DNA of 64,000 bases from an uncultured archaeon. GTDB lineage: Archaea > Asgardarchaeota > Heimdallarchaeia > Heimdallarchaeales > Heimdallarchaeaceae. A program made the translations under genes and the position numbers. Under the pieces are notes generated by a model. The model was not told where the DNA came from and did no database searches. It saw only the letters and a list, made by a program, of their open reading frames with translations. Of this stretch, positions 50,318 through 60,002 are shown piece after piece (position 1 is the stretch's first letter; every line of letters begins with the position of its first letter). The DNA lies in the NCBI GenBank assembly GCA_964534625.1, contig CAZHRF010000009.1, positions 1 to 64,000 of the forward strand, read 5' to 3'.

Positions 50318-51040
50318 TTGTTTAAAGGTTTAAGAAAATCTCCCTCTGAAAAAGCGAATGAATTACTTGGAAAAGCAAAACTTTCAGCACAAAAAGGAAA
50401 CTATAAAGAAGCACATGAATTTGCAAATAAAGCAGCTGAGATCTTTAAAGATGAAGTAAAAGATCGAAAAAAAGTAGATTTTGCAAAAGCTCTTGTTTAT
50501 GAGTACAAAGGAGAGTTATCAATTAAAAAAGATAAAGCACGAGAAGCAGCAAACTTTCTTGGTCGAGCAGGGGGTTTTTATCAACGTTTGAATATGACCT
50601 TAGAACTTGAGAGAGTGTATCTCAGACAAGCTCAAATTCTTAGAATTATAGCTAAAAGGTTTATGAAGGATAGACAATTTTTAGATGCTGCGTCATTTTT
50701 TGAACAAGCTGCTATGTGTTATATGAAGCTTAAAATGAATTCAGAAGCCATAGACTGTAAAGCAAAATCTTATGTTTCAAGGGCAGCTGCAGAGCAGTCG
50801 ATTTCTGGGAGAAAAGTTTATTTGAAAAAAGCTGTAGAATTAATAGGTGAAAAAGGATCAGACGAACCAGTAATTAAGGGTCATTTAGCATATTATAATG
50901 CACTATTTAATGAAGTAGAAAAACCAGAAAAGGCATTAAGATTTTATGCTGAAGCGTTACAATATTATCAAGTTGGAACATTACAATCAAGAATCGATGA
51001 AATTAAAAAGAAAATTGGTGAGCTGACTAAAGATATTTAG
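50318..51040 (+). CDS. TPR-like helical repeat protein (alpha-SNAP-like)
   Basis: GAGGTG SD plus TTG; repeats EA...A.KAA.IF, EAA.F..RAG..Y, DAA.FFEQAA.CY, EKAL..Y.EA..YY. Confidence 0.6.
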   Translation: MFKGLRKSPSEKANELLGKAKLSAQKGNYKEAHEFANKAAEIFKDEVKDRKKVDFAKALVYEYKGELSIKKDKAREAANFLGRAGGFYQRLNMTLELERVYLRQAQILRIIAKRFMKDRQFLDAASFFEQAAMCYMKLKMNSEAIDCKAKSYVSRAAAEQSISGRKVYLKKAVELIGEKGSDEPVIKGHLAYYNALFNEVEKPEKALRFYAEALQYYQVGTLQSRIDEIKKKIGELTKDI

Positions 51041-51193
51041 AACTTTTAGCAATTTGAAGAAGACTAGTATGTTCAAATAATGAAAGACATAGTTTTGTTT
51101 CCTTTTTCCTCTATTACTTGTCATGAATAAACTGGGATTTCTTATTTCGCAATAGTTAAATAGTTGTTCGTTATATTTGCAAATAGTGATTAT

Positions 51194-51460
51194 ATGGTTA
51201 GTATATGGCAAGCATTAAAAGTGACACTAATATTCATATTTTTCGGATTAATACCCTTTATAGTATTCATATTTGCTGTAATAACAATTCAACAAATAAT
51301 GACCGTGGATGTAAGTGATGGCGTTTCCTTATCAATACCTGTTGATAGTGTAGGTGGATTTTTGGGTTTTTCTGTCCTTGCTATTATTAGTGCATTGATT
51401 TTTTTCATGGGATTATTTAAGGGAATAGGAGATATAACTGAAGCAGCATTAATTGAGTAA
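51194..51460 (+). CDS. Small two-TM membrane protein
   Basis: GTGA SD before ATG (MVSIWQA); two hydrophobic helices. Confidence 0.65.
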   Translation: MVSIWQALKVTLIFIFFGLIPFIVFIFAVITIQQIMTVDVSDGVSLSIPVDSVGGFLGFSVLAIISALIFFMGLFKGIGDITEAALIE

Positions 51461-51708
51461 AATAATTATTCAAATTTAATTATTTTATATTTTTTTACGC
51501 AGAGCTCTTAAACGACAGCTGTTGTTCTTTTTCTTATTTTTATTCAAAATTTTGAATTAATTTGCTAACACTTATTAATATGTATAGTCAAAAATTATGT
51601 GATACTTTCACAATGAAGGAAATATGTATACCAGTAAATTTTTACCGTAAATACAAAACTATCACAATATTGTGAATATGTCATTGAACAAGTTGAGAGG
51701 TATTTATC

Positions 51709-53376
51709 ATGCATACTTTAAACTCATCAAAAAAAAATATTGAGAACATTTTTGATGAAGATAAACCTATATCCCACATTATTTTTTCACGTAAGACAGG
51801 GATTGTTGTTTCCTTTCTTTTGGTTCTATACCTCTTAAAAATACTGTATATACAAAACCTAAGTACGTATAGTAATTTATCCATTTTTCCAATATTTGTC
51901 ATACTATCTTCTTTTTTAGGACTATTATTGACTATCACGTCTCTTTTTTTATTTTTTTATCTATCCAAAACATCCGTAGAATGGCTTATCCTAAAGAAGA
52001 CTTTTTTAATGATCTTTTTGTTAGGTTTTTTAGGCGCTTATTTAGCACTTCTTATGCAAGCTAGGTTTTTATTTGTAGTTCTGAATGTTAGTTTTATCAA
52101 CCAGCTGCTAGGATTGTCTGATTCATTATCTTGGGGGTTCGAAATTGTTTTTTATACTGGATTTGTTCCTATTATTGAAGAATTCACCAAAATTTTTCCG
52201 TTGTTAATCCTCTGGAAAAATTATTGTCGGATTAAATATAAGGAAAAGGAAGTAAGATCATGGTTGGTTCCAACTCAAAGAATGTTCATTTTATACGGAG
52301 GACTTTTTGGTGCATGGTTTGATTTATTAGAGCAATTTCTTGTTTTTTCAAGAAATTATGACATAACTAATCCTTATTCTTCAACCATTAGTTTCCTTGT
52401 AGAAAGGCGCACTCTCTACCCTCTTCATAGCAGTTTGTCAATGTTGGTTGCTTTTGGGATAGGTTATGTTTTTGTAAGAAGAAATAGCTTATCTGATAAC
52501 AAAAAAAGGATGATCTTCCTAATACCATTTACTATCGCTGTTTTATTCCATGCATGGTGGAATTATAATGTCTTCACTAAAAATAGGGTTTTAAGCAATC
52601 AGTCTTTCGTAATCTTAGGTTATATATCTATATTGCTCTTTGTTTTTATGCTCTGTTGGTTACTATTCAAAAAACCAGTTATATGTGCTCATTGTTACTC
52701 TGAACATAAAAAATATCCTTGTCAAGATATATCTTATACCGAGGTTCAGCAAATACAAGCCAAAAAATTATCAGCTGGTATTGAAAAGGAATTAATGAAA
52801 TGTCCTGTCTGTAACACACGTAACTTTGATGGTACTGTTTGTTCAAGTTGTTGGTCTTATCCTAAACTTCAATGTAATAATTGTAATCAAGTTATACCTG
52901 CTTACATGAATTTATGCTGGGCATGTGGTAAGGAAACAACTAGTTTATATGATAAAATGGTGATGACCGCACCTCCTGTTCATGTAACGCTCTCTGTTGT
53001 AATAACAAGGTTGTTAACAATAACCATATTGACTGGTTTCTTATTAAGCTTAACAGATTTTGAAAGTACAATATCCGCTATGGGGTCTTCTATTTTCTAT
53101 CTTCTGATATTGGTTTCTTTTTCTATCACAGTTATATGGTATGGCATTGAAAAACAAAAAGTTAAATCAATGATCTTATCAATATCTATTGCAACAATTT
53201 TTACTCTTACTTTAATAACAACAGGATTATACACGATATTTCTAGGCGTTATATTGGTTTTAGCAAACAATTTTTATACTGGTTTTTTAGGAATTATAAT
53301 AACTGGGATTATGTTTTGTGTTTGTATAAAATTTCTTAAGGCATCAATGAGGGGCGCGAGATTAATTCTTGAGTAG
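51709..53376 (+). CDS. PrsW-family intramembrane metalloprotease fused to zinc ribbons and extra TM helices
   Basis: PIIEEFTK, F...E, H, HAWWN motifs; five CxxC pairs. Confidence 0.8.
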   Translation: MHTLNSSKKNIENIFDEDKPISHIIFSRKTGIVVSFLLVLYLLKILYIQNLSTYSNLSIFPIFVILSSFLGLLLTITSLFLFFYLSKTSVEWLILKKTFLMIFLLGFLGAYLALLMQARFLFVVLNVSFINQLLGLSDSLSWGFEIVFYTGFVPIIEEFTKIFPLLILWKNYCRIKYKEKEVRSWLVPTQRMFILYGGLFGAWFDLLEQFLVFSRNYDITNPYSSTISFLVERRTLYPLHSSLSMLVAFGIGYVFVRRNSLSDNKKRMIFLIPFTIAVLFHAWWNYNVFTKNRVLSNQSFVILGYISILLFVFMLCWLLFKKPVICAHCYSEHKKYPCQDISYTEVQQIQAKKLSAGIEKELMKCPVCNTRNFDGTVCSSCWSYPKLQCNNCNQVIPAYMNLCWACGKETTSLYDKMVMTAPPVHVTLSVVITRLLTITILTGFLLSLTDFESTISAMGSSIFYLLILVSFSITVIWYGIEKQKVKSMILSISIATIFTLTLITTGLYTIFLGVILVLANNFYTGFLGIIITGIMFCVCIKFLKASMRGARLILE

Positions 53377-53384
53377 ATGATATA

Positions 53385-54380
53385 ATGATTGTTAAAACTC
53401 GTAATAAACAAAACTGGTTTCAAAGATTGAAAAACCAAATAAAGCTCTTTATTCAAAGGGAATATTTAAAACATTTTAAGAATCGTGGGACTAGAGAATA
53501 TACTCACAATCTTTTATTACGTTCTTCAATTTATTTTTGCATTACTTATGGGCTTATAATTCTTCTTAGTTATATTATATTATTTAGTCCTAGTGAAACA
53601 AATCCTCTCTTTAATTTCTTTGGAGGCGATATAATGAATCTCATTTGGTCACCAGATCAGATCTTTTTATTACCATTTTATTTCTCTTTTAGTGTTGAGG
53701 ACATGTTTAATATGATCAACACTATGATCTTTACGATCCTGTTTCCTAATTTTATCGCTGGTGTTTTTTGTGGCATCATGTGGGGAGACGAGTCTCAGGA
53801 TGTGGTTCTAACGAGCCCTCTCATTTCTAGTCTGCTGTTTGTCTTTATTGGTTTCACTCAATATATCGTTGGAATGATTATATCTTTTGGGTCAAACCTA
53901 CTTTTTGTGTCTATGTATGTTATGCTATTGCTTACTTGGTGCTTACTTTTTACTGTTTTTAGCTTGACAAGTGGATTTTTAGGTAGTATAACCGGAAAAA
54001 GTTTAACAAATTTCATTACATCAAGAAAAGGATCAAAAATTGCATATTCTGCACTCATGCTTCCTGAAATGCCTCTTACGGTAAAAACAATTTTTGATAG
54101 AGTTGAAATTAAAAATCAATTATTATCCCAATCTGGAAAATCTATGACAATGGTTTCCTTAAATCGAAGAATAGAACAAACTTTTAATCAAAAAAGAAAC
54201 GAAAGTATTTGTCCTTATTTTGTTGACAATAAATGTTCCTATTTGGGATATTTAACTGCAGGACATCGTCTTCAAATATGTAAAAGTACTACTTGGCGTT
54301 TTTGTAGGGTATATGCTTTTATTGTGCAAGGGTCAAAAATAATGGAAAAAGCAAACAGGGGTGATTCAAATGTCCAATAA
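53385..54380 (+). CDS. Membrane protein with C-terminal Cys cluster
   Basis: About 5 TM segments; CPYF....C...C.....W..C..Y. Confidence 0.7.
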   Translation: MIVKTRNKQNWFQRLKNQIKLFIQREYLKHFKNRGTREYTHNLLLRSSIYFCITYGLIILLSYIILFSPSETNPLFNFFGGDIMNLIWSPDQIFLLPFYFSFSVEDMFNMINTMIFTILFPNFIAGVFCGIMWGDESQDVVLTSPLISSLLFVFIGFTQYIVGMIISFGSNLLFVSMYVMLLLTWCLLFTVFSLTSGFLGSITGKSLTNFITSRKGSKIAYSALMLPEMPLTVKTIFDRVEIKNQLLSQSGKSMTMVSLNRRIEQTFNQKRNESICPYFVDNKCSYLGYLTAGHRLQICKSTTWRFCRVYAFIVQGSKIMEKANRGDSNVQ

Positions 54381-55158
54381 CAAGAATTCAATACCAATAT
54401 GGAAAATTATTCTACTTGTAGCTTGTGTTGTAATTTTTGTTGTAAGTAACAGTAATCAAGAAACTTATGTAAGCATTGATGATATCACCCAATCAACATT
54501 AGAGATTGTAACCAGAACAACCCAAGAAACAGATTACACGCCACCTACAACAGAAACTCCCTTTTCTCCTCCCCCGACTCCTACTGGGATAACCTCTCCT
54601 ACCGTAACCCCTGGTTCAGGTTCACTTTTACCAGAGAATCTTATTCCTTTATTCATAGTTTTCATGCTTATTCTGCTTATTCTCTTTCTGTTTGTACGGC
54701 GGAAAAAAGAATCAGACAAGTACGCTGGATTAGTAAGAAAAAATTTGCTTGATACAGAGACACAAATGAAACGAGAAAAATTCACAAGAGAGCTAAAATC
54801 GCTTGTAACTGTATTGTTTGAATATCTAGAAAGAAACAGATATTGTGAGGGGATTATTTTTGGTTTTCATAATCTTGATGTAAATATGCGAAAGATTTTG
54901 GGAAAAAAAAGAGACTTAAATCTCACCCCAAAAGAATTCGCAGAATCACTTGATCTTCCAGATATTATTATTCATTTAAAGGAAATAACGGAAATATTCT
55001 ATCGTGCAAGGTATAAACAAGAAGAGATGAAAGAACAAGACCTAGCTCAATTCATTGAAGAATTTAAGACGATGAGAGAAAAAAGTCAAAGTTCGAGTGA
55101 TATCAGTATTATAGACTACAAAGAAGATAATGCAGAAGAGGAGATTAGAAATGATTAA
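54370..55158 (+). CDS. DUF4129-like membrane protein with Pro/Thr linker
   Basis: Signal/TM segment, PT-rich linker, TM, LTPKEFA...ITEIFYRARY. Confidence 0.75.
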   Translation: MSNNKNSIPIWKIILLVACVVIFVVSNSNQETYVSIDDITQSTLEIVTRTTQETDYTPPTTETPFSPPPTPTGITSPTVTPGSGSLLPENLIPLFIVFMLILLILFLFVRRKKESDKYAGLVRKNLLDTETQMKREKFTRELKSLVTVLFEYLERNRYCEGIIFGFHNLDVNMRKILGKKRDLNLTPKEFAESLDLPDIIIHLKEITEIFYRARYKQEEMKEQDLAQFIEEFKTMREKSQSSSDISIIDYKEDNAEEEIRND

Positions 55159-56458
55159 AAAATTAACAATGCTTTTTCATCCCAGATATTCCCCCGTATT
55201 TAAAACAATAATTCAAACACTTTTCATTCTTATTGTGGCCATCTTACCATTGACTATTAATCTTATTATTAATCCCCCGCCCTATACAATTACAAGCCAA
55301 GAAGAAAGTGGATATTCTGCTTTTAATAATAGGCTGCAAGAATCAGGATTCAACACAACTAGAACACTATTGGCTTTAGATCCCATCTTGACCCTACCTC
55401 CTGGTTCCCTTTTAATAATCTCTGGGATCTCTAAACGTTATAGTGATGCAGAGTTACTTATGCTTGATAGTTTTGTTTCCACGGGTGGTGTCTTGTTTAT
55501 AATCGCAGATTCTTATTATTCAGCTAGGATTGCTTCGTATTTTGGGGTTTATGTATCAAACGCAATAATACTAGAAACCAACCCCAATATGACAGTTAAG
55601 TCGCCAGACACCATTTTGTTACCGTCTCCACCACTACTTCCAAATAGTTCTTTATGTATGATTCGCCCAAAAGAAATTACGGGCTCATCTATGCAACTAA
55701 CGAGTGAATTTAGTTTAACAACGTCTAGTACTGCATTTCTTGATGTAGATGGTGATGGGATATGGACCGAGGGTAGAGATGAGTGGACACCAAAAAAAAG
55801 AGTTGTAGGTGCCATATATTCTTTTAAAGATCCTCAACGTTTAGGTAAACTGGTTGTACTGACAAGTTCTAGTTTTCTAACAAATGATCTGTATTATAAA
55901 GGATATTCCAATATCAATTTAACAATTACCCTCTTTAACCAATTTTTTTCTCGAGGTGATACGATCATCTGTTTCGAGGAAAGTCATAAGGGGTGGCCGA
56001 TTACGTCAACTGATGGGTTTATTAATCAAGGGTATGGATATATAATTTATTTATCACGGACTAAATTTTTTATTTTAAGCATAATTCTTTTAGTGATTGT
56101 TATTTTTATTATTACACCAAGATTCAATTTACTTTTTCAGCAATCTAATACATATAAACAGTTTTTACAAGATAAAATATGGAATAGAGAGCGAGCGCTT
56201 TATGACACATTTGCTGTAACTGTTCAACCAACCGTAGAAGAATCTACATTATCCACACTCTACTTCCAATGGGAGCTTCTTGGAGACCAAATATATAATG
56301 AACTATTAAAGAAAAAATTGGGGTATATACCCACGAAAATTATATCTGATGATGAAATAGAAAAATATCGAAGCATATTACAACAAAGGATAGATCATTC
56401 AACTTTTATGATGTTATTTGAAGAGTTAGAAAAAATTCAAAGCAGGAGACAGATATAA
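55151..56458 (+). CDS. DUF4350-like membrane-anchored protein
   Basis: GYSAF...L, FVSTGG.LFII.D, GKLVVL.SSSFLTND, IICFEESH, flanked by TM segments. Confidence 0.7.
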   Translation: MIKKLTMLFHPRYSPVFKTIIQTLFILIVAILPLTINLIINPPPYTITSQEESGYSAFNNRLQESGFNTTRTLLALDPILTLPPGSLLIISGISKRYSDAELLMLDSFVSTGGVLFIIADSYYSARIASYFGVYVSNAIILETNPNMTVKSPDTILLPSPPLLPNSSLCMIRPKEITGSSMQLTSEFSLTTSSTAFLDVDGDGIWTEGRDEWTPKKRVVGAIYSFKDPQRLGKLVVLTSSSFLTNDLYYKGYSNINLTITLFNQFFSRGDTIICFEESHKGWPITSTDGFINQGYGYIIYLSRTKFFILSIILLVIVIFIITPRFNLLFQQSNTYKQFLQDKIWNRERALYDTFAVTVQPTVEESTLSTLYFQWELLGDQIYNELLKKKLGYIPTKIISDDEIEKYRSILQQRIDHSTFMMLFEELEKIQSRRQI

Positions 56459-57400
56459 ATGGATATAGAAAAAGGTAAAACCATATTTGAACGAATTATG
56501 AAAGAGATGAGAAAAAGGATTGTAGGGAACGATTCGGTAATTGAATTGCTCTTTGCAACTATGTTGGCAAACGGACACGTGTTACTTGAAGGTGTTCCTG
56601 GAATTGCAAAAACGTTGATGGCAAGTACTCTTGCGGAAGTAATTGATGCAAACTTTAAACGAATCCAGTATACACCTGATATGTTACCGGCAGATATAAC
56701 TGGTGGTCTAGTACTCGATCGAAAGATAAATGAGTTCAAGTTTATGCGTGGACCTCTTTTTACTAATATTTTATTGGCGGATGAAATTAATCGAACCCCA
56801 CCAAAAACTCAAGCTGCCCTTCTAGAGGCCATGCAAGAAAGACAAGTATCAATAGGTACTCAGACTTATACTTTACCAAATCCTTTTTTTGTGATAGCTA
56901 CACAAAATCCAATAGAAAGTACTGGTGTTTATCCTTTACCTGAGGCACAAATTGACCGTTTTCTTGTTAAAATACCTGTATTTCATCCCAGTTTGGATGA
57001 TGAAATAATAATGCTGAAAATGAAACGAGAAAAGATGTTTGCAGATGTAAATAAGGTGGTTGATGTTCAAACAATCTTACACCTTAGGCAGTTAATTGAA
57101 AAGGAAATTGTGGTTAGCGACCAGATTTTAGAATATATTGCAAAACTAGTCAATGCCACACGTGATGTACCTTCGCTTTCTTTAGGTGCTAGTCCACGTG
57201 GTTCTATAGCTTTGCTTAATCTTAGTCGTTCTATAGCTGCAATTAGAGGTAGAAATTATGTTGAACCAGATGATATTAAAGACATTTTCTATCCAATAAT
57301 GAATCATAGGCTTATCTTATCTCCTGATGCGGAAATTGAACAAATTAGGATAGAAGAAATAATATCTACTATTTTAACAAAAGTTGAAGTTGTAATTTAA
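56459..57400 (+). CDS. moxR: MoxR-family AAA+ ATPase
   Basis: GHVLLEGVPGIAKT, RIQYTPDMLPADITG, DEINRTPPKTQAALLEAMQERQV, ATQNP, GASPR. Confidence 0.97.
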   Translation: MDIEKGKTIFERIMKEMRKRIVGNDSVIELLFATMLANGHVLLEGVPGIAKTLMASTLAEVIDANFKRIQYTPDMLPADITGGLVLDRKINEFKFMRGPLFTNILLADEINRTPPKTQAALLEAMQERQVSIGTQTYTLPNPFFVIATQNPIESTGVYPLPEAQIDRFLVKIPVFHPSLDDEIIMLKMKREKMFADVNKVVDVQTILHLRQLIEKEIVVSDQILEYIAKLVNATRDVPSLSLGASPRGSIALLNLSRSIAAIRGRNYVEPDDIKDIFYPIMNHRLILSPDAEIEQIRIEEIISTILTKVEVVI

Positions 57401-57409
57401 GGTGCAAAC

Positions 57410-58774
57410 ATGGAAGAGCGGAATTTTAAGTTAACAAGACTGGGAAAGTCTATATTATTAGTAAGTACTCTCCTTCTTATTACTGGGTTGTTAATAGAAA
57501 ATTATTTTTTGGTAATACCTGGTAGTATTTTATTTATTCTTCTCTGTTCAACTTTCTTTAATTACTTCTATTTTCATTCAGTGGCACTTACTGTTAAAAT
57601 TAAGCTATCAAAGGAATATATACGAAATAGGGCATTACTAGCTGTTGTAGTTAATATTACAAATCCAAGTGATAGATCTATCATTATTAAAGCAAAATTG
57701 AATTGTTCGTATCATTTTATTCCAATAGATACTCCTAATACAATTCATTGTACTGTGACGCCTAATTCAACCATAAAAAAAGGGTGGTATTTACTTGCTT
57801 CAAGAAGAGGTAATGCATTAGTTGGACCAATTACTGTTTCTTATGGTTTGTTTCAAACTCTATTTGTAAATGAAATAATAATAGGAACAGAGCAGAGAAT
57901 TAAGATTTTACCTATGAGACCAAGAATACAAGTACCTTGGAAAACAAAAAAAGATCTCTTATTGAAAATGGTAAACGAATTTGCACAAAGGATTAAAGGT
58001 CAAGGTGATGAATTTTTTGCATTACGTGATTATCAACCAGGAGATGAGTTTAGGCATATCGCTTGGTATGCCACAGCAAAACGTGGGGATTTGATAACAA
58101 AAGAGTTTGAAGATTTGAAAAATCTTCATTTTTTGATTTATCTTGATCTCGGAAGCACAATGTTTGGTCCTAAATTTGATTGTGCGTTATCTTCTATTGT
58201 AGAGCTCACTAACTTAATTAAAGGAACGAGTCATGATCTCGCGGTTATTGCCTACTCCTCGACCGTAAAACGGTTTATTGTCCCACAAGTGGGTATTAAT
58301 GAATTAAAACTAATGCTAAATCTTTATGACTTAGAACCATCGGGAGTAAGTAGCAATTTTTTTGAAGCGGTAAAGTTTACCCAAACACAGAAATTATACC
58401 ATTCAATTGCAATAATCTTTTCAGATTTGGATGGGGATATCCTTAGGAAAGTAAATGGTTTGCAGTATCTATCTAATATGGATAGCAGAATAATCTTTGT
58501 TAATTTTGCAACATCTGATTTTAATATATTAGCTTCTGAAAATTATAAAAATATGACCCAGTTTAAAGACTATGATGATGTATTAAATATAATATTTCCG
58601 AGCTTAGTTGAAGATGAGTATTCTAGGCGAAAAAAGGAAATAAAACGAATATTAAGCCCAATTGGCGGCGATTATGTTGAAATTAATGGGTATGATGATA
58701 ATATAATACTAGCGTTATATAGATTGATGAAAAAATATGTTCATGTGCCAAGAATAGTAAAAAGAAAAGTGTGA
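57410..58774 (+). CDS. DUF58 (vWA-like) domain protein
   Basis: G.GDEFFALRDYQPGDEFRHIAWYATAKRG.L.TKEFE, LD..STM, IIFSD. Confidence 0.92.
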   Translation: MEERNFKLTRLGKSILLVSTLLLITGLLIENYFLVIPGSILFILLCSTFFNYFYFHSVALTVKIKLSKEYIRNRALLAVVVNITNPSDRSIIIKAKLNCSYHFIPIDTPNTIHCTVTPNSTIKKGWYLLASRRGNALVGPITVSYGLFQTLFVNEIIIGTEQRIKILPMRPRIQVPWKTKKDLLLKMVNEFAQRIKGQGDEFFALRDYQPGDEFRHIAWYATAKRGDLITKEFEDLKNLHFLIYLDLGSTMFGPKFDCALSSIVELTNLIKGTSHDLAVIAYSSTVKRFIVPQVGINELKLMLNLYDLEPSGVSSNFFEAVKFTQTQKLYHSIAIIFSDLDGDILRKVNGLQYLSNMDSRIIFVNFATSDFNILASENYKNMTQFKDYDDVLNIIFPSLVEDEYSRRKKEIKRILSPIGGDYVEINGYDDNIILALYRLMKKYVHVPRIVKRKV

Positions 58775-58778
58775 TGAG

Positions 58779-59600
58779 ATGAGAATAACAGATACAGGAT
58801 TTGAGACAGATTGGGATAAGGAAACTTTGTTACCAAAAGGAGCAAAAATTCTTTTATTTTTTCATCATTGTTTTTCTATACTTGCTCTAGCCTTGATCAT
58901 ATACCAAAGTGCTATAAGTCTTAATATATTATTGTTCACCTTGTGGTTAATAATTGCTTTAGTAATGGTTTTCATTGATATATTAAGTGGTCAAGAAATA
59001 AAACTGGAAAATGAAGTGGGTATAGGAGTCTTAATTGTTTTTGGAGCGGGCATATCAGTTATTATAGCGAATGCTGATTCTATGTTCTTTGTTGCATTGT
59101 TAGAGAGAATAGAATTACTAGTTATCCAAATCTTTTCTGGTTTATTCTTGTCGTTTAGACTTATCATTGCATTCTACTATAACGAGATATTTTCTAATCG
59201 CTATTCAGTAATAAAAGCAAAAAGTTCCTATTCTAGAGAACAGCTTGAATTATACAAAATGAATTTATATGAAACAGACTTTGAATTTGATCATAGTTCA
59301 ATGAATATTCAAATCGGATATTGGTTGCGTTTATCAAAACCATTGATTTGGTCTTCATTATTATTGGCATTTTTTACCTCTCTTGGTGTTCTTTATGCCC
59401 TTCTTATTTATCTAATGACACCTGAAACTGCTTTGGCACAGTTTGCTCCAAGACCCGCTTTGATTATTCTAACATTGTTGTTGTCTATATTACTATTCAG
59501 AATAATAAAAACGCTACCTGAAATTGAGAATCGTTATAAAAAAGAAAGGGAGGAAGTAAACCAAAGAAATGAAATCGCTAGAGAAGATTCCTCTTTTTAG
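58779..59600 (+). CDS. Multi-TM membrane protein
   Basis: About 6 hydrophobic helices; last gene of the operon. Confidence 0.7.
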   Translation: MRITDTGFETDWDKETLLPKGAKILLFFHHCFSILALALIIYQSAISLNILLFTLWLIIALVMVFIDILSGQEIKLENEVGIGVLIVFGAGISVIIANADSMFFVALLERIELLVIQIFSGLFLSFRLIIAFYYNEIFSNRYSVIKAKSSYSREQLELYKMNLYETDFEFDHSSMNIQIGYWLRLSKPLIWSSLLLAFFTSLGVLYALLIYLMTPETALAQFAPRPALIILTLLLSILLFRIIKTLPEIENRYKKEREEVNQRNEIAREDSSF

Positions 59601-59763
59601 ATGTGAGTCAATTTTTTGACAAATTGTTTTTTTCTTTATTATCATATATCAGTTACTATCAAAACTCATCCTAATTCTGACAGAACAGACGTCTAGCTGC
59701 GTTTACTATGACATCTCTTTTTACTAGTCTATCTTCTTGAAAGCCCTGTCCTTGGGGGTGGGG

Positions 59764-59895
59764 ATGAAAAGAAGAAAAACGATACCAAGTTTAAACATAC
59801 AACCATTTTGTAAGTATGATGTCTTTGTGTACGTGTTTTGGTACCATCTCGAAAACCAAGAGTGGTACGAGACAAAAAGAAAAAGATGGAAGTAG
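59764..59895 (+). CDS. Putative 43-aa micro-ORF inside element B
   Basis: MKRRKTIPSLNIQPFCKYDVFVYVFWYHLENQEWYETKRKRWK; homolog of 22450-22575. Confidence 0.45.
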   Translation: MKRRKTIPSLNIQPFCKYDVFVYVFWYHLENQEWYETKRKRWK

Positions 59896-60002
59896 AAGAT
59901 AGGGGGTACACATTAAACAATAATAATGGGTATACGTATCTACCTAAGTAAGGGTATTGAGGACTTCCGATGTAGAGTCGATACATTGTGTGTACTAGAA
60001 CT

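Noticed and set aside
59729-59986. 85-aa minus-strand ORF
   Set aside because: Antisense to the element; no recognisable protein features.
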